The notes: generated by a model not told the origin, from the sequence alone. 64,000 nt of DNA from Camelus ferus (GCF_009834535.1 NC_045707.1:48362001-48426000); one strand, 5' to 3'. Positions 13,956-26,689 are shown, counted from the stretch's first letter. A program made the numbers and translations.

Positions 13956-14529
13956 CTCCACCTCTCTGCCTACCTTTCTGGTCTCATTTTCAATCATCCT
14001 TTCTCATGTACCTTAAGAACTCTTCCTGTTGCCCCATGTTCATTTCTGGGATGCCATCCTCTCTCGTGCATCCATACTCTTGCACATACTCTTTCCTCTG
14101 CCAGGAATGTTGTTCCTTCATCCTCTCTCCTGTCCACATTCTTCCCACAAAATACCATGTACCTCTGTAAAGACAATTCACTTCTCCTTCTGGTGCTTGT
14201 CACTTCTGACCACCAGCCATGTTGTGAATTTCTCTTTAGAATAATAACTTCCATCCCAAAAAGTACCTCACTGTGTGAGCAATATTTTCACTCTAGCCTT
14301 AAAAATGGTAGACAAGGTGGATCACCAGGTGACATCTGCCACTACTGTCCCCTGACCTCCCATTTTGGGAAATTTCTTTTATAATGCTACTATTTGAAAA
14401 ATACATAGAAAAGTGCTATTAGAAAATGATATTTTAAAATCATGGCTAGACATACATTGCTACAAAAATCCTAGGAAAGCAAGACTCCAGAAAAATGAAA
14501 GTTTGTTACTGTGTAAAGCATTCAACTTT

Positions 14530-15213
14530 AAGTTACTTTTTATATTTACCAATATTAACTATTTTTAAAGTGTACAGATCAATAGTGTTAAGTATGTCCA
14601 CCCTGTTGTGCAATCAATCTCCAGAACTCTCTTCACCTTGTAAAACTAAAACTCTGTACTCATTAAACAACAATTTCCCATTTCACTCTCTCCTGACTCC
14701 CTGGCAACCACCATTCTATTTTCTGTCCCTATAAATTTGACTACTCCAGGCACCTTGGAGAAGTGGAATTATCAATATTTCTCTTTTTGGTGACTGGCTT
14801 ATTTCATTTAGGGTCATGCCCTCAAGTCTCATCCATTGTAGTACGTATCTGAGTTTCCTTCCTTTCTAGGGTTGGATAATATTCCATTCCATTTTGTTTA
14901 GTGTTCATCTGGTGATGGACACTTAGGTTGGTTACATCTTTTGTCTATTGTGAATAATGCTACTATAAACGTGGGTATACAATTATCTCTTTGAGACCCT
15001 ACTTTCAGTTCCTTTGGGTGTACAACCAGAAGTGGAATTGCTATATCATATGGTAATTTATTTTTTAATCTTTTGAGGAAACACCTTATTGTTTTCACAG
15101 CAGCCACATCATGTTACCAACACTGAACGAGGGTGCTCATTTCTTCACATCTTCACCAGCACTTGTTGTTTGTTTGTTTGTTTGTTTTTATAGTAGCCAT
15201 TCTAATGGATGTG
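14530..15213 (-). mobile_element. L1 3' end (L1MB-like): ORF2 C-terminus plus 3' UTR
   Basis: Minus ORF 14898-15107 translates LPYDIAIPLLVVHPKELK...CIPTFIVALFTI...QPKCPS, the L1 ORF2 C-terminus. Confidence 0.9.
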
Positions 15214-15609
15214 CTCCACGACTCTTAATTGGGGTAGTAGAATCCTCTCTGTACAATCTTTCTTCTAGCACTGGCTCCCTACCACAATGAGCAGATCCAA
15301 AAACACAGAAGGAGTTTCCTTGTGCTGATGTAAGTTTCTAGGCCTCAAAAAAACCAGAGATTAGCAGATGTCCTTGACCTTTTGGCTGTCAAACTCAAAT
15401 GTCCAGACACATACTTCATCTCCTCCAGATTTTTGCTGTGTCTTAATTTGGACTCAAGACTGTTCAATTTTCCTGCCATTTGTAAAACATTACTTGCCTC
15501 TTCAGGCAGAATAGTGTATCTTTTCACTTTTTTCCCAAGACATTGTATATATCTGCTTAAGTGAATACATTACATTATAATTATTTGCCTATGTATGTGC
15601 CTCTAGAGC

Positions 15610-16075
15610 AGACCCAACAGACCCAATTACCAGCCCCCACTTTGTTCTTACTAAAATAACTATGATTTTCTTTTGAATAGCCTGTATCCAGCTAAGAACC
15701 TATATTCCTTGGACACTTTTGCTACCAAGGCTAACCACCTGACACAGTTCTGATCAAGACAATAGCTAGAACATTGTTGGTGATTTCTGAAAAAGTTATG
15801 GTTTCTCAATGTAGGCATACCCTTCTTTATAACTGGAATACAGATGAGAGGATAGACATGGAGTAGCCATTTTGGAGTCAGTCATATGGCAACCATGAAA
15901 ATGAAAACCATATGTGAAGGATGATGAAAGAAGAAGATAAAAGGAAGCTATAATGACATAATGGAGCTTCCTATACCTTGTTTAGCTGTGTACTATGGTA
16001 GTACTATGTACTATTATTTTTAATATGATGAAATATCCACTGTTTGGTAAAGCCAATGGTTTCTGATTTTTTACA
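15610..16075 (+). mobile_element. Old MaLR LTR (MLT1J-like)
   Basis: gacacagttctgatcaa...gatttctgaaaaag...ggagtagccattttg...aaggatgatgaaagaagaagat pattern. Confidence 0.5.
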
Positions 16076-16369
16076 TTATAAAACATATAGAAAGTGATAA
16101 TATTTGATACTTGCAAGAAAAAGGCAACTCAGAGACAAAGTTAAATATTCAGAATGCTCTCTCTGCTCTCACAAACAGAAATAAAGAAGTGCATTATGTT
16201 GTCACACTGGTAACACACTGGCAAAACAATAATGCACTGTGTAGCACACCTGTTGATGGTCTCTGACTAAACCACAACAGTTACGTTGTTTTCCCAAGAA
16301 GCTGGACATAACTTCTTACCAACAGAGTTCCTCTATCTAGACAATGAGATTGATTATTGAGAGCAAAAC

Positions 16370-16700
16370 TGGGCATTACTTATCTTGTTTCTCTCGCACC
16401 CAGTATGCTGCTAGAAACTTAGTAGTTAATAAATATTTATTGAATAAATGAAAAGAAAAACTAATTCATTGTTCCAACTGACTGGTTTTCTCATAGTTCT
16501 GGATTGTGCTCATTTCTGACCAAAAGGCTTTATTCATATTGTCCCTGCCTGGAAAACATTCTGTACTCCTCTCCACGTAGCCAAATCCTCCCCATTCTTC
16601 AAAGTCCTTCTTAAGTCTCAACTCTTCCACGAAACTCTTCTTAACATTTTGGCTCAGGTCATACCATTTTATCCCCTTCTCTGAACTCCTATAATTCATA
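16370..16700 (+). mobile_element. L2 fragments
   Basis: ttaataaatatttattgaataaatgaa tail; gtccctgcctggaaaac...tcctcccattcttcaaagtcc. Confidence 0.55.
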
Positions 16701-18646
16701 CTGGAAGAAAGGTTCACTGTGACCTTAAAAATACAGGTATTCTCCAACTAGTGACCCAGTTTTTCCAGGTTGTCATATGCCAACCATATTTCTTCCTGTC
16801 AGAATACTGTACTTTGGATATTATTTTTCTAAAAACATTCAATGCCATGAAATACAAACAATCAGTGACAAAAATAAAAAAAATCAAGCAAACAATGAAA
16901 CAATGTAAAAATTACATTTTAAGTATTCTCTTTGGGGAAATGCTCTGCCTGAGATGGATTAGCTGTAGTTTCTTAAAATATGAATTTAGGAAAGTTGGGA
17001 TAAACACATCAAAATGGTCAGAATCTCCCTTGGGTAAGCACTGAGATTTTTCAGGGCCCAACGCTCTTAGAACTGCATTTAAAGATACTATTATCTGCCT
17101 CAAAATTTCTACTGAAAATTTAATGTGAGGTAGGCTTATAAAGGTCTTTGGATGGTAAACTGAGTTGGGCCTTTTATTTTCTTCAATAATTCTCTCCTGC
17201 CAGATTCAGATTCATCACCTTCAATATTGTAAAGAAAAGCTCACATTTCTGAAAATAATTAGATGCCTTTAGACTAGTGCTTAGAGCTTCCTCTTGAGCA
17301 CTAGGAATTTGCTAGCATTCCTCCTGGTACAATCAAATTATTCTTGGCTTACTCTAAAACTTCTTTAATTTTTCACTTTTCCTGTTCTTCAGTATTTTGA
17401 AAAAAGAATATTTTAACCAGAATTTTTGCTCAGGTGTGTTTTGATTGTACACTGACGCCATCAAAAGTTATGGCATTTGTGTCCAGGTATTTAGTGAACT
17501 GGACACTGATTAAAGAGTCCGGTGTGTCACCTTCTACTTCTTCCGTTTAACTGGCTTTGGAGAACTACTCAGGCCTCAATTTGATTCTACCACGAGGAAC
17601 ACTGCCAGCTAACAGAGAACTTTATAATATATCCAAAAGGGGCCTACAGTGTTTTTGAATCTGATATATTTAATGTTTCTAGAATTTGTGGCTTATTAAG
17701 ACTAAGACCTTTATTTTTGGTTGGAATATCATAGGTAATCCCTTTAAAATCTCTACTGATAAAATATGGCAGGATTGGTGGCGATATTGAAGAGGCAGAG
17801 ATTGAGAAATGAACACTAGGCTTAGAACCAAAAGTCCCTACTTCGCCTCTTAAAGTTTTTGTGACTTTGAACAATAACAATAAGCCTATAATGAAGATGG
17901 TTCTAAATTTACCTACCACACAGAGTTGTTATAAAAAATCATTTAACATATTAAAATTTGTAAACTGAAAGCATTACTTAAAAAATCCAGCTACATGTAT
18001 TAGTTATCTAGTATTCACACATTCACCCACATTTTTCCCTATGAAAGGGAATAATGTTTTTCATATTACAGAAGTATTTCACTATTTTGGATTGTATTAA
18101 TATTCTTAATCATTTGGTTAATGTGTTCCTTGGATAGTTCCAGGTTGGTTTACTTCCAGTTTGCACCAAAATGAAATATTTCTGTCCCATTCTCTATATT
18201 CAATGGGGAGAAAAATGCCCACCTTGATCACTTAAATCGACTTAAAGCTGAAATATTGGCCTGAAACTTTCACATTTACCTTCAAGTTTTTGTATTCCTT
18301 GATTAACTGGATGAGTTATAAATTTTCAAGCATTAAATACACTATAAGTAAACTGTGTTTGGGGTTGTACTGTTTGCTTATCCTTTGGGTGTTCATATCA
18401 GATAGCTGTCAGTCTTGAAGAAGAAGCAGTCACATTAAAATATCGTCAGACCTGAGCAGTCACTTATCACTGGCTAGAGATAGTCTATAGCTTTGTAAAA
18501 TCCACCCCTGGCTAATTCCGGTAGTTTATTTTGAAAGTTTGGTTCACAGCACCAAAGAAGTCCTTCAACAGGAAGCTTATAGGGCCTGTTTATCAGGTAA
18601 TACTAGTACATGCATTCAACTTGCAACTGTTTTTGAATTCGGAGCC

Positions 18647-18662
18647 ATGAGGCTTTCTGCAG
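18647..18662 (+). other. Candidate end of a first exon: ATG AGG CTT TCT GCA G|gtatgg (MRLSA-, phase 1)
   Basis: ggagccATG context and CAG|GTATGG donor in repeat-free sequence with several GATA motifs upstream; no homology recognised. Confidence 0.2.
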
Positions 18663-19880
18663 GTATGGCTTTCAGTAGGTTGTAAAGTGCTTAAACAGAT
18701 GGGACATACTTATTAGCATGGATAATATATTTTCACTGTATTAGGGTTGAAAGTGATTTTCCAGATAATGGCTTAGACAAATGTTTATGGACTCAGTCCA
18801 GTTAATCCACCAAAAATGCAGCCTGGCTTTCAAGAGCAATTCTACTTTTATTGAATGTTTTCGATTAAATACTTAACTCCTGTGAATTTCTTACCACATT
18901 GTTAAAGAAACTTTGTCACTTTATTTTCTTCTTGGAATCATTGTTATCGTGTTATTTAACTTAATAGTGATTTCTGACTAATCCAGAAGCCCATATTAAA
19001 CTAAACAGCTACATATTTTATTATTTATTAAGTAATTCATTTAAAAATAATCTCAACAAAGGTCTTTTTATATTTCCACAGGTATCATGGAGTGCAGGTC
19101 AAAGCGTTGTTTGAGATTACTAGATGAGATGCCGTAGCAGGGGGTACAAGCCCAATGAACTGTTCTCTCTTCAACCTAAGAATTAGCCATACACTAGCTG
19201 TACCATCTCTTTATTCCACTGGCAGATTAAGTGTCTCTTGTGTAACAGTCACTGTGCTAGGTGCTGGGGACACACCAAATTAAAAGAATATCTTTTTTTC
19301 CCCATGAAGACAAGGAAATGAATAACATTTAAAAAGCACAATTTCTACTTGCTGTAATTAGAGCTTTACTGGGAACTTAACACTTACGACCTGTGTGGCC
19401 GAATTACATAACTTATTCTGTCTCAGCCCCAATTTCCCTGTTAAGACGGAGAATATTAACCAAATAGAACTCCAGAGTTGTTGGAGGAGTTAAGTGGGAT
19501 ATGGCTGGCCTGGTATAAACGGAAGCTGTATATAGTAAAAAATAATCATAAAGTTTTGAAGAACTTAGAGTTCACAATATTTACACACCATTAATAGCCT
19601 TTCCCAAATTTCTCAGCTGATAAATATTTTAGCAGCTATTTCAGTATTGCTTTTATTAGTTCTCAGGTTCTTTGGGTCTTTAAATTGCCAAATTCCTGTT
19701 CATTGTTATAACTTATGTGAGAAATGGAGAAGCCCTGATAACCACTCTTGGTTTGGTTGACTACTCCCATCCTGACATTTTATTTGTATTTGGTTTCCTG
19801 ACTGAATTATAAAAGTTATTCCACACACTAACAGCCCTCCACCAACAAATAAAAAAAAAAAAAAAACTCATGAAAATAGC

Positions 19881-20130
19881 AGTGTTAGTTTCCTGTTGCT
19901 GCTGTAATAAATTACCACAAATTTAGTGGCTTGAAGCACACTAATTTATTCACTTAGAGCTCTGGAGGGCAAAAGTTTATAATGGGTCAGCAGAGAAATA
20001 TTCCTTCTAGAGGTTTCCTTGCCTTTGCCAGCTTCTACAGGCTGCCCACACTCCTTGGCTTATAGCCCCACATCACTCCAACATCTGCTTCTGCTGTCAC
20101 ATTGCTTCTCCAATCCTGTTTCTCCTGCCT
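19881..20130 (-). mobile_element. MaLR LTR fragment (MLT1C/D-like)
   Basis: tgttagtttcctgttgctgctgtaataaattaccacaaatttagtggcttgaa, the canonical MLT1 end in reverse. Confidence 0.85.
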
Positions 20131-20774
20131 GGAATACTAGGTGAGGGGCTAACTGGCAAAGATCAAATCTGTGAACTCTGATGCCTCAGGGTACCTAAAA
20201 TCTATTAGATCCCAAAAGTAGCTGAAAAATTCCCTTTAAGTCTTGTTTACACCATGATTTCCCCTTGACATGCTAAAGAATCACAAAGACCACAGAAGTC
20301 TCTCAATTAACAAATAACACTCTGTTTTCTTATTTCTAATATCACCATTAATGCAGTTCATCACATCCCCAAGGTGAGCTACTACTGCATTCAATAGTAC
20401 ACTTTTTATCTTATCTTCCTTCATAACCACCAGCAAAACTAACTGTTGTCTTTTATTTTCTGGACTGTTTCTAATCTCTAAAACCAAGCATTTTTATCAT
20501 GGTCAAAGATGACCTACCTACAATTGTTTTGACAAGTTATTAATTGTGTTTAGTAACGAACCACTTGCAGCTGCTCAACACTGGAACATGCTCACTAGAA
20601 GCTGCTCGTGTGGGAAGCAACAACTCTGCAAATTAAACCTGCAAATAAGAGCATTTGCTTCATGACCCCCAATGTGGGGCTCACGGTAGAAATGCCAGGT
20701 CTCCCAGTTGGGTCCCCTGTAAGGCTCCCACTCCAGCTCCTCTGAAGGATAGATACTTCTGTATCTCTCTACAG

Positions 20775-21014
20775 ATGGTGCTTCTTGCTCCATCAGATGC
20801 ATTTTGTGTTGAACAGAGAGCCAACGTTTTAAGTCAGACCAACAACAATCATACTGTTAAATTTGGTGCAAAATCCGTTCTCAGTTTTAACTAATCTGGA
20901 GGATAACAATTTATCTCTTTTAACTACCTCCAAGGGATCCCAAAGTGAAATTCCATCATTCTAAATTTATTCTCTAAATGTATGGGTGAAGCAAAAACTT
21001 GATTTTATGAAAAG
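20775..21014 (+). other. Candidate 240-nt exon (non-coding, or carrying a 39-aa ORF)
   Basis: Acceptor cttctgtatctctctacag| at 20774; donor AAG|GTAAGA at 21015. Confidence 0.25.
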
Positions 21015-21260
21015 GTAAGAGGTACTGTTTATTTAAAGATTTGTAAAGAACAACAAAAATGTACCAAATGTCTCCCTGAACTCTCTAGGTTTCTAGAGCC
21101 CATGATTCAAACTTGTGCCTCAGCAAAATACATCACAGGACGTTATAGGTCATCAGTTCCATTCTCCCTTGGTCCACCTGTGCATTTATCAAGCACCTTC
21201 TGAACTGATTTACTTTGCTAACTCCAAATATATCCATCAACAGGACCACAAATGGCTTAC

Positions 21261-21365
21261 TGTGAACTGAATGTCAAGAAACCTTCAGCGTAGCCTCTGT
21301 GTGAATTACCAGGGGATCTTCCTACTGCAGTTAATGAAGTGCCAACCAGGGAGACTCCTTATATA
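21261..21365 (-). promoter_or_regulatory. Candidate TATA+Inr core promoter with 75-nt non-coding first exon
   Basis: Minus strand: TATATAAG beginning 21365; Inr TTCA+1TT with A at 21335 (30 nt downstream); donor ACA|GTAAGC after 21261. Confidence 0.35.
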
Positions 21366-23859
21366 CCCATCTTCTGTGCACACCTCACTCTCCGCTACCT
21401 CCTCAGTCATTATGCTTCCATCCTCTCACATATAGCCTAGGCAGCTGTTACATCTACTTTACAATATTTTTTCCTTAATACATTTCTTGGTGTATGTTAT
21501 TGTCCAGTGAGGCTTACAGACTAGGAGAAAAAAAGCCAACAAAACAAAACTGCAGGTGCTCTATCATTTTGAAAGGTTCCAATTGCATAAGCCTTTATGA
21601 CACAGGCTTCTGCCATATTTTGTATCAACAGCTTGTCACATGAGCCCCAGTTCATAGTATGGGTCATTATTTTCCAAATTGAATTTGCTTATCTGCTCTT
21701 CCCTTTACAGGTAACACTACCTGAGAAACCAAGCTCACACTGCTTTCAAGAGTGTTCATTTGAATTCTTTTTTTTTTTTTCCTTTTTGAACACTCTGCTC
21801 TGGAATTAATAATATAACCTATGTATCTGGCAAAGTGGCTCATTTTAATCAGGCTCTTCTGTTCCTGCGGTGCCTCAGACTTAAGGAGAAAACTTTGGCT
21901 TTTGATTATTTTCTTCTATTTCACTTTGCAAACTCTCATTTTACTGAGTTCTGCCAAAAAGCAATTTTTTACAAGAGCACTGATATTTGGTTTCTTGATC
22001 ATTAAAGGAAAAAAAAAAAAAAACTGTGTTCTGAGATCCTCCTTCTCACCCATCCCCCACAACAGAGCAGATGACCTTGTTTCAAGCTGAATACTGTTCT
22101 TTGCTTTTATGCTCATATTCTCACCATCTTGTAAGCTCCTATTACTATTGTCAGCTCTTACTGATGTTGACAGAGCCATCCCCAGGATAAAACTAACTGA
22201 AGCAATTGCTTTATGCCCAAAACACTAGGGAGCTCACACTTTTGTCACTAGGCTGTAACTCAGAGAGTTGGGGTGGGGGCAGGCAAGGTAGGGAGATGGT
22301 GGGAAGGAAGTCTTTGATAGAGAATACTACAAAGAACCAGAGCTCACATTTTTCAATAATTTATCAACCTCCCTCTCTGCTCCATATCCCTACCCTCCTG
22401 CTTTCCTCTCACACAACACCCTTCCCTCACCCCACCTCCCCCCCCGCCCCCCCAAAAAAAACCATAGGCAATGCTACTTCATCCATGCATTTACACATCC
22501 TCTGTATCACTTGGTTTTAAGCAATCACCAACTCTAGTTTATCTTCACCTAGTGAGCTGTTATGGGGCTTCACAATGCTCATGGGAGGCAGGCATAGAAA
22601 CCTGATGAGACCCAAGAATACCTGAGAGCTGGGCAGTAGAAATCACATAAAAAGTGATGCTGCAGAATCTGTCTGATCCACCAGCCGCTACAGCTGAGAT
22701 GCATATGAGGACATCTTTAGATGCAAAATCTCAGGAGGAAGATATGAATCACCACAACTGTTGTTAGTCCAAACTGAGTCTTTGTGTGATTTAAAACACA
22801 GCGCTCCCTCTGGGTAAAGGCAAACCCACTGGTGCCAGGCTTGGCAAGAAGATTCCAGCTGATTTTCAGTCCCCCTTGACCTTGTTGACAGGGGGTCCTT
22901 ATGAATAGGGTATAAACTGCATAATCCTTCCCATGACTGTTGGGTTGGGCTGTGCCTGCCCGAAGCAGGAAGGGGAGGAGAGGAGGATCTGATTGATTTG
23001 ATATTCTTAGTGAGAGGTAGGCACTGCACACAGTGGAGAATTCCCCAAAAGGGAAATTGAGGAGGATAATTAAAAAGAATCTTTAATATTGGAAAAATAT
23101 TGAGAAAGACCCACCGCACGCCCAGGAATCTAAAGATGCCCTTTGGTACATCTTTTCACTTCCATTTCCCCTTGAATGAAAATACATTCGGGCTCCAAGG
23201 AGAGCCAAGGATAAAAAGGATTTCCCCTCTTTATGATTTGTATGGGCTCCAACATCCCTAAATTCAGCTTCCTTAGACTTTCATAAGATCTCATGTAAGT
23301 GATATTACAGGAAAAGGATACATTGCCAATGCTAGACAACTAGGAAATCATTTTTCCTTTATATATTATAGCACTTTTAGGGAGAGAGAATTATACAAAT
23401 TATACAGTTTAGGAAATGGGGTGTTTAGTAACATGAATGCTTAGACCAAATTTTGCTTTTGTTTAAGTTAACTGCACGTCTAGATTAGTGATCATATGCT
23501 CTTGGTATATCTGGAATAAGGTTGTATATTATTCTTTAAATTTTTATTTTGTATGTTTGTGATGATTCCAGTAGCTTTCTGATTATACATAAACTAAACA
23601 CATGGTTTTCATTTAGGTTCCCTCCCAAAACCTTCTTAAAGTGAAAATAAAGGTATCAAAAATGGTAGAAACATACAAAAGAAAAAGAATGCAAGAGGAG
23701 ACACTAATAGACTGAAATGGCAACTATTTACAGTAAATGGAAAGTGAATGGTGGACTTAGTAGAGCTGAGAAAGCTGGATACAAGCGCTGGCTGGAGAGA
23801 AAGGCAATGAGGATGGTACTTAGTTCTTTCTCCAGATCCCTGGACAGGCTCTCGGAATG

Positions 23860-25460
23860 AGCTTATTAAGCAAGGCAGGGAAGGTATAGTGCTGCAATCA
23901 ATCAGGATAGTGGTGGAAGTCTCTGTAGAGACAGGTAGGTAAAGTCTTCTTCCCTGGTGTGTACAATCAATAGATTCATCCATCTGGCAAGAAACTGCAA
24001 GTTTATCCTGAATCAGAATAAGAGGCCCTCATTTGCGACATGAATGGAACTTAAGGGCATTATGCCAAGTAAAATAAGCCAGACAGAGAAAAACAAATAC
24101 TGTAAGCCATCACTTACATGTGGAATCTAAAAGCAAACAAAAAAACTCATAGAAAGAGAAGTCAAATGGGCTAGAGGGTGGGAAAAATGAGGAGATGTTG
24201 GTCAAAGGGTATAAACTTATAAAATGAGTAAGTTCTGGGAATATAATGTACAGCATAGTGATTATATTTAACAATATTGTATTATATACTTGAAAGCCAT
24301 TAAAAGAGTAGATCTTAAATGTTCTCACCACACATACACACAAAAAGGTAATTATTTGAGGTGACAGATAATTAATCTTATCATGGTACATTTCACAATA
24401 TATACAGGTATTACACAATGTTATTTGTCAACTATATGTCAACAAAGCTGGAAAAAATTTAAATAAAAAATCAACTGCATTTCCATATACTAGTAGTGGA
24501 CACTGGAAACCAAGATAAATGAATTACCTAGGTATTATTCTAACAAAACATGTACAAGATTTGTGAACTAAAAACTACAACATGTTGATGGAAGAAATCA
24601 AAGAAGATTTAAATAAATGAAGATATATTCTGTTAAAAAAATAAATAAGAGGCCCTGGAATCAGGGACAGGAGGTAGAGCAGAAGGCAGAAGAGACAAGC
24701 CAAACTGCAAACAGAGGATTAAATAAAAGTTTACGTGTTGAGCTGTGCAACTGCTAGCCTCCTGATAATGCTTAGCATACACTACCATCAGGAGACTGGA
24801 GGGTTATTTTAGGGGGAAAATGGGGTGGGTTGTGGGGTGGAGTTCTCAAAACAAAATGAGAGAATTCCTAATAAATCACTCTCGAGGAGAAAGCTCTTAG
24901 TTGGAAGGCATCGTATTCTCACACAGACCTTCAATTCAACTTCTGATGCCTCAATCTTAAAAATGAACAGATAGCAAAAATCCCTGGGTGTTGAGGAAAG
25001 CCTGCTCAAAATTAAGATACCAAAGAGAAAAAAAGGAACTCATAGAAAATGGGGGATGCTGAGAATGGCTGAAAACTAAATTAAAATTATAATTTATGTT
25101 CTCAGATAAATAAGTCATCGCATCTAATAGAATACTATAAAAATGAAATTGTCAGCTAGATAGAGCTCGTAAAAACTAGAAATATGCATATAGAAAAAAG
25201 ATTCATCCAAATAGCTAGATAATAAGACCTAAGGTATTCTCATAGAAAGCAGAACAAAATTAAATGGAAAATACGATAGACATAAAAAGATAAGATTTTA
25301 GTAGACCAGTCCAGGAAGTCCAAAGGCTGACCAAAAAGAGTTCCCCAAAAGAGATAACAGGAGGGGAAAAATTAGTTTAAAAAAAAAAAAGAATACAATA
25401 AAAAGTTCCAAAACTAAAGTACCTAAGTTTCCAGATAAAGAGCCTAAAAAATATCTAGCA
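23860..25460 (+). mobile_element. Ancient L1 5'/ORF1 region, interrupted by a younger insertion at 24030-24643
   Basis: A-rich; ccaggaagtccaaaggctgaccaaaaagagttcccc...aagtttccagataaag resembles L1 ORF1; left boundary uncertain. Confidence 0.55.
24030..24643 (+). mobile_element. 5'-truncated L1 (L1MA9-like 3' end) plus probable 3'-transduced segment; 13-bp TSD AATAAGAGGCCCT
   Basis: catttgcgacatgaatggaacttaagggcattatgccaagtaaaataagccagacagag start; exact TSD at 24017-24029 and 24644-24656. Confidence 0.85.
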
Positions 25461-25464
25461 GAGA

Positions 25465-25900
25465 CATTGGAAGCGAGTTTGACAGTTTCTTACAAAGCTA
25501 AATTTGGTCTCGCCATGTGATCCAGGAATTGTGCTACCAGATTATTTACCCAAATTAGTTGACAATTTTTGTCCTTATAAAAATCTGCACATGAATGCTT
25601 ATGGAAGCTTTATCCATAATTGCCAAAATACTGGAAGCAACCAAGATGTCCTTCAGAAGATGAATGGATAAAGTGATATATCCATGCAACAGAATATTAT
25701 TCATCAGTAAAAAGAAATGAGCTGTCAAGCCATGAAAAGACACTGAGGAACCTTAGGTACACATCACTTAGTGAAAGAAGTCAGTCTGAAAAGGCCATAC
25801 ACTGTATGATCCCAACTGTATGACATTCTGGAAACAGCAAAACTTACAGACAGTTAAAGATTAGTGGTTGCCAGGAATTTGGAGGAAGGGAGGGGGGATG
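25465..25900 (+). mobile_element. L1 3' region (L1MB/MC-like)
   Basis: ccatgtgatccaggaattgtgc...ggaagcaaccaagatgtccttc...agtgaaagaagtcagtctgaaaaggc. Confidence 0.85.
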
Positions 25901-25919
25901 AATTTTTAAAAATTTTTTT

Positions 25920-26680
25920 GACCCTGATAGTTGGCAATTCTCCCACATGGAGAATAAACTTACCTTTTCCAAGACCTCTGAAAGTCTTATCCCACTATGG
26001 AGTCAAGTTCAGGTTCAAGTTCAGAACATTTCATCATCTAAATTAATTTGGTGGAATGGGATAGGAGGAGGCTTCTCAGGGGAAGTTCTTTAGTCACAGC
26101 TTTTAAAGAATAATTTACATTGATTTGAAGGCCTGTGAACTAAGAGATAAGTTATTTGACTCTCTGCCCCCCTTCGCTTCATCCTTTGTACACATACAAC
26201 TGTGATTAGATAACTGTAAAAACAACAACAACAACAAAAACAGGCAAAAGGTAAGCTCAGAGGAGTCAACTGGACACCTGTTTTCGGTCCTACATTAGAG
26301 CTCAACTCTCCTTTCTGCAAGAGGCTCTTCATATCTCTTGGAGAGTCACCTTCTTTTTCTTTAGAAATGGCCTGTGGTTGAGTAGCTGTTTTAGTCTGCT
26401 TCCTGCTCATGAAAGTTTGGGAACCCAGTGACCTATTTTCAATATAAGTGATTTCTGCCCAATTCAGTGAAAGCTGGAGGTGCTTCCACAGTTGTAATTC
26501 TCTTAAAAGTTTTCTTATAAATCTTACTGTAGTTGACTCCATTAGACAAGGCCACACCCACAAATCTCTTTGAGACAGACTTCACTCTGTTTTGGGCTGA
26601 GCATAAGGGTCTTTTGGATAAGGATTTTAAGGCTCTTCAAAGTTCTTGTCTAGCTGAGAAAGTCCCTGAGATATAATCTT
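25920..26680 (-). mobile_element. MaLR internal region remnant (MLT1-int-like)
   Basis: cctgtgaactaagaga, ctgcttcctgctcatgaaagtttggg, aattctcttaaaag and ggccacacccacaaatctctttgag resemble MLT-int. Confidence 0.55.
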
Positions 26681-26689
26681 AAATCTCTC

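Noticed and set aside
19082..19145. Plus-strand acceptor (tatatttccacag|G) downstream of the 18663 donor
   Set aside because: No convincing donor follows and the frame closes within ~20 codons.
21261..21325. YAEG motif resembling the GIP/glucagon-family N-terminus in one minus-strand frame
   Set aside because: Following residues (FLTFSS) do not fit the family pattern; no ATG or signal peptide.
21749..21796. Perfect 10-bp inverted repeat (agagtgttca/tgaacactct) around a poly-T spacer
   Set aside because: A few such repeats are expected by chance in 64 kb; the stem is too short for a pre-miRNA.
22115..22180. Minus-strand ATG|gtgaga donor and acceptor at 21521
   Set aside because: Joining them gives only MSVSLTGQ*; no further support.
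22688..23119. 143-aa and 104-aa overlapping minus ORFs
   Set aside because: No domain similarity recognised and no convincing splice boundaries; length is expected by chance.
26090..26563. Longest ORF in the track (157 aa)
   Set aside because: Lies in a MaLR-internal remnant and crosses a (CAA)n tract giving poly-Cys; no recognisable protein.
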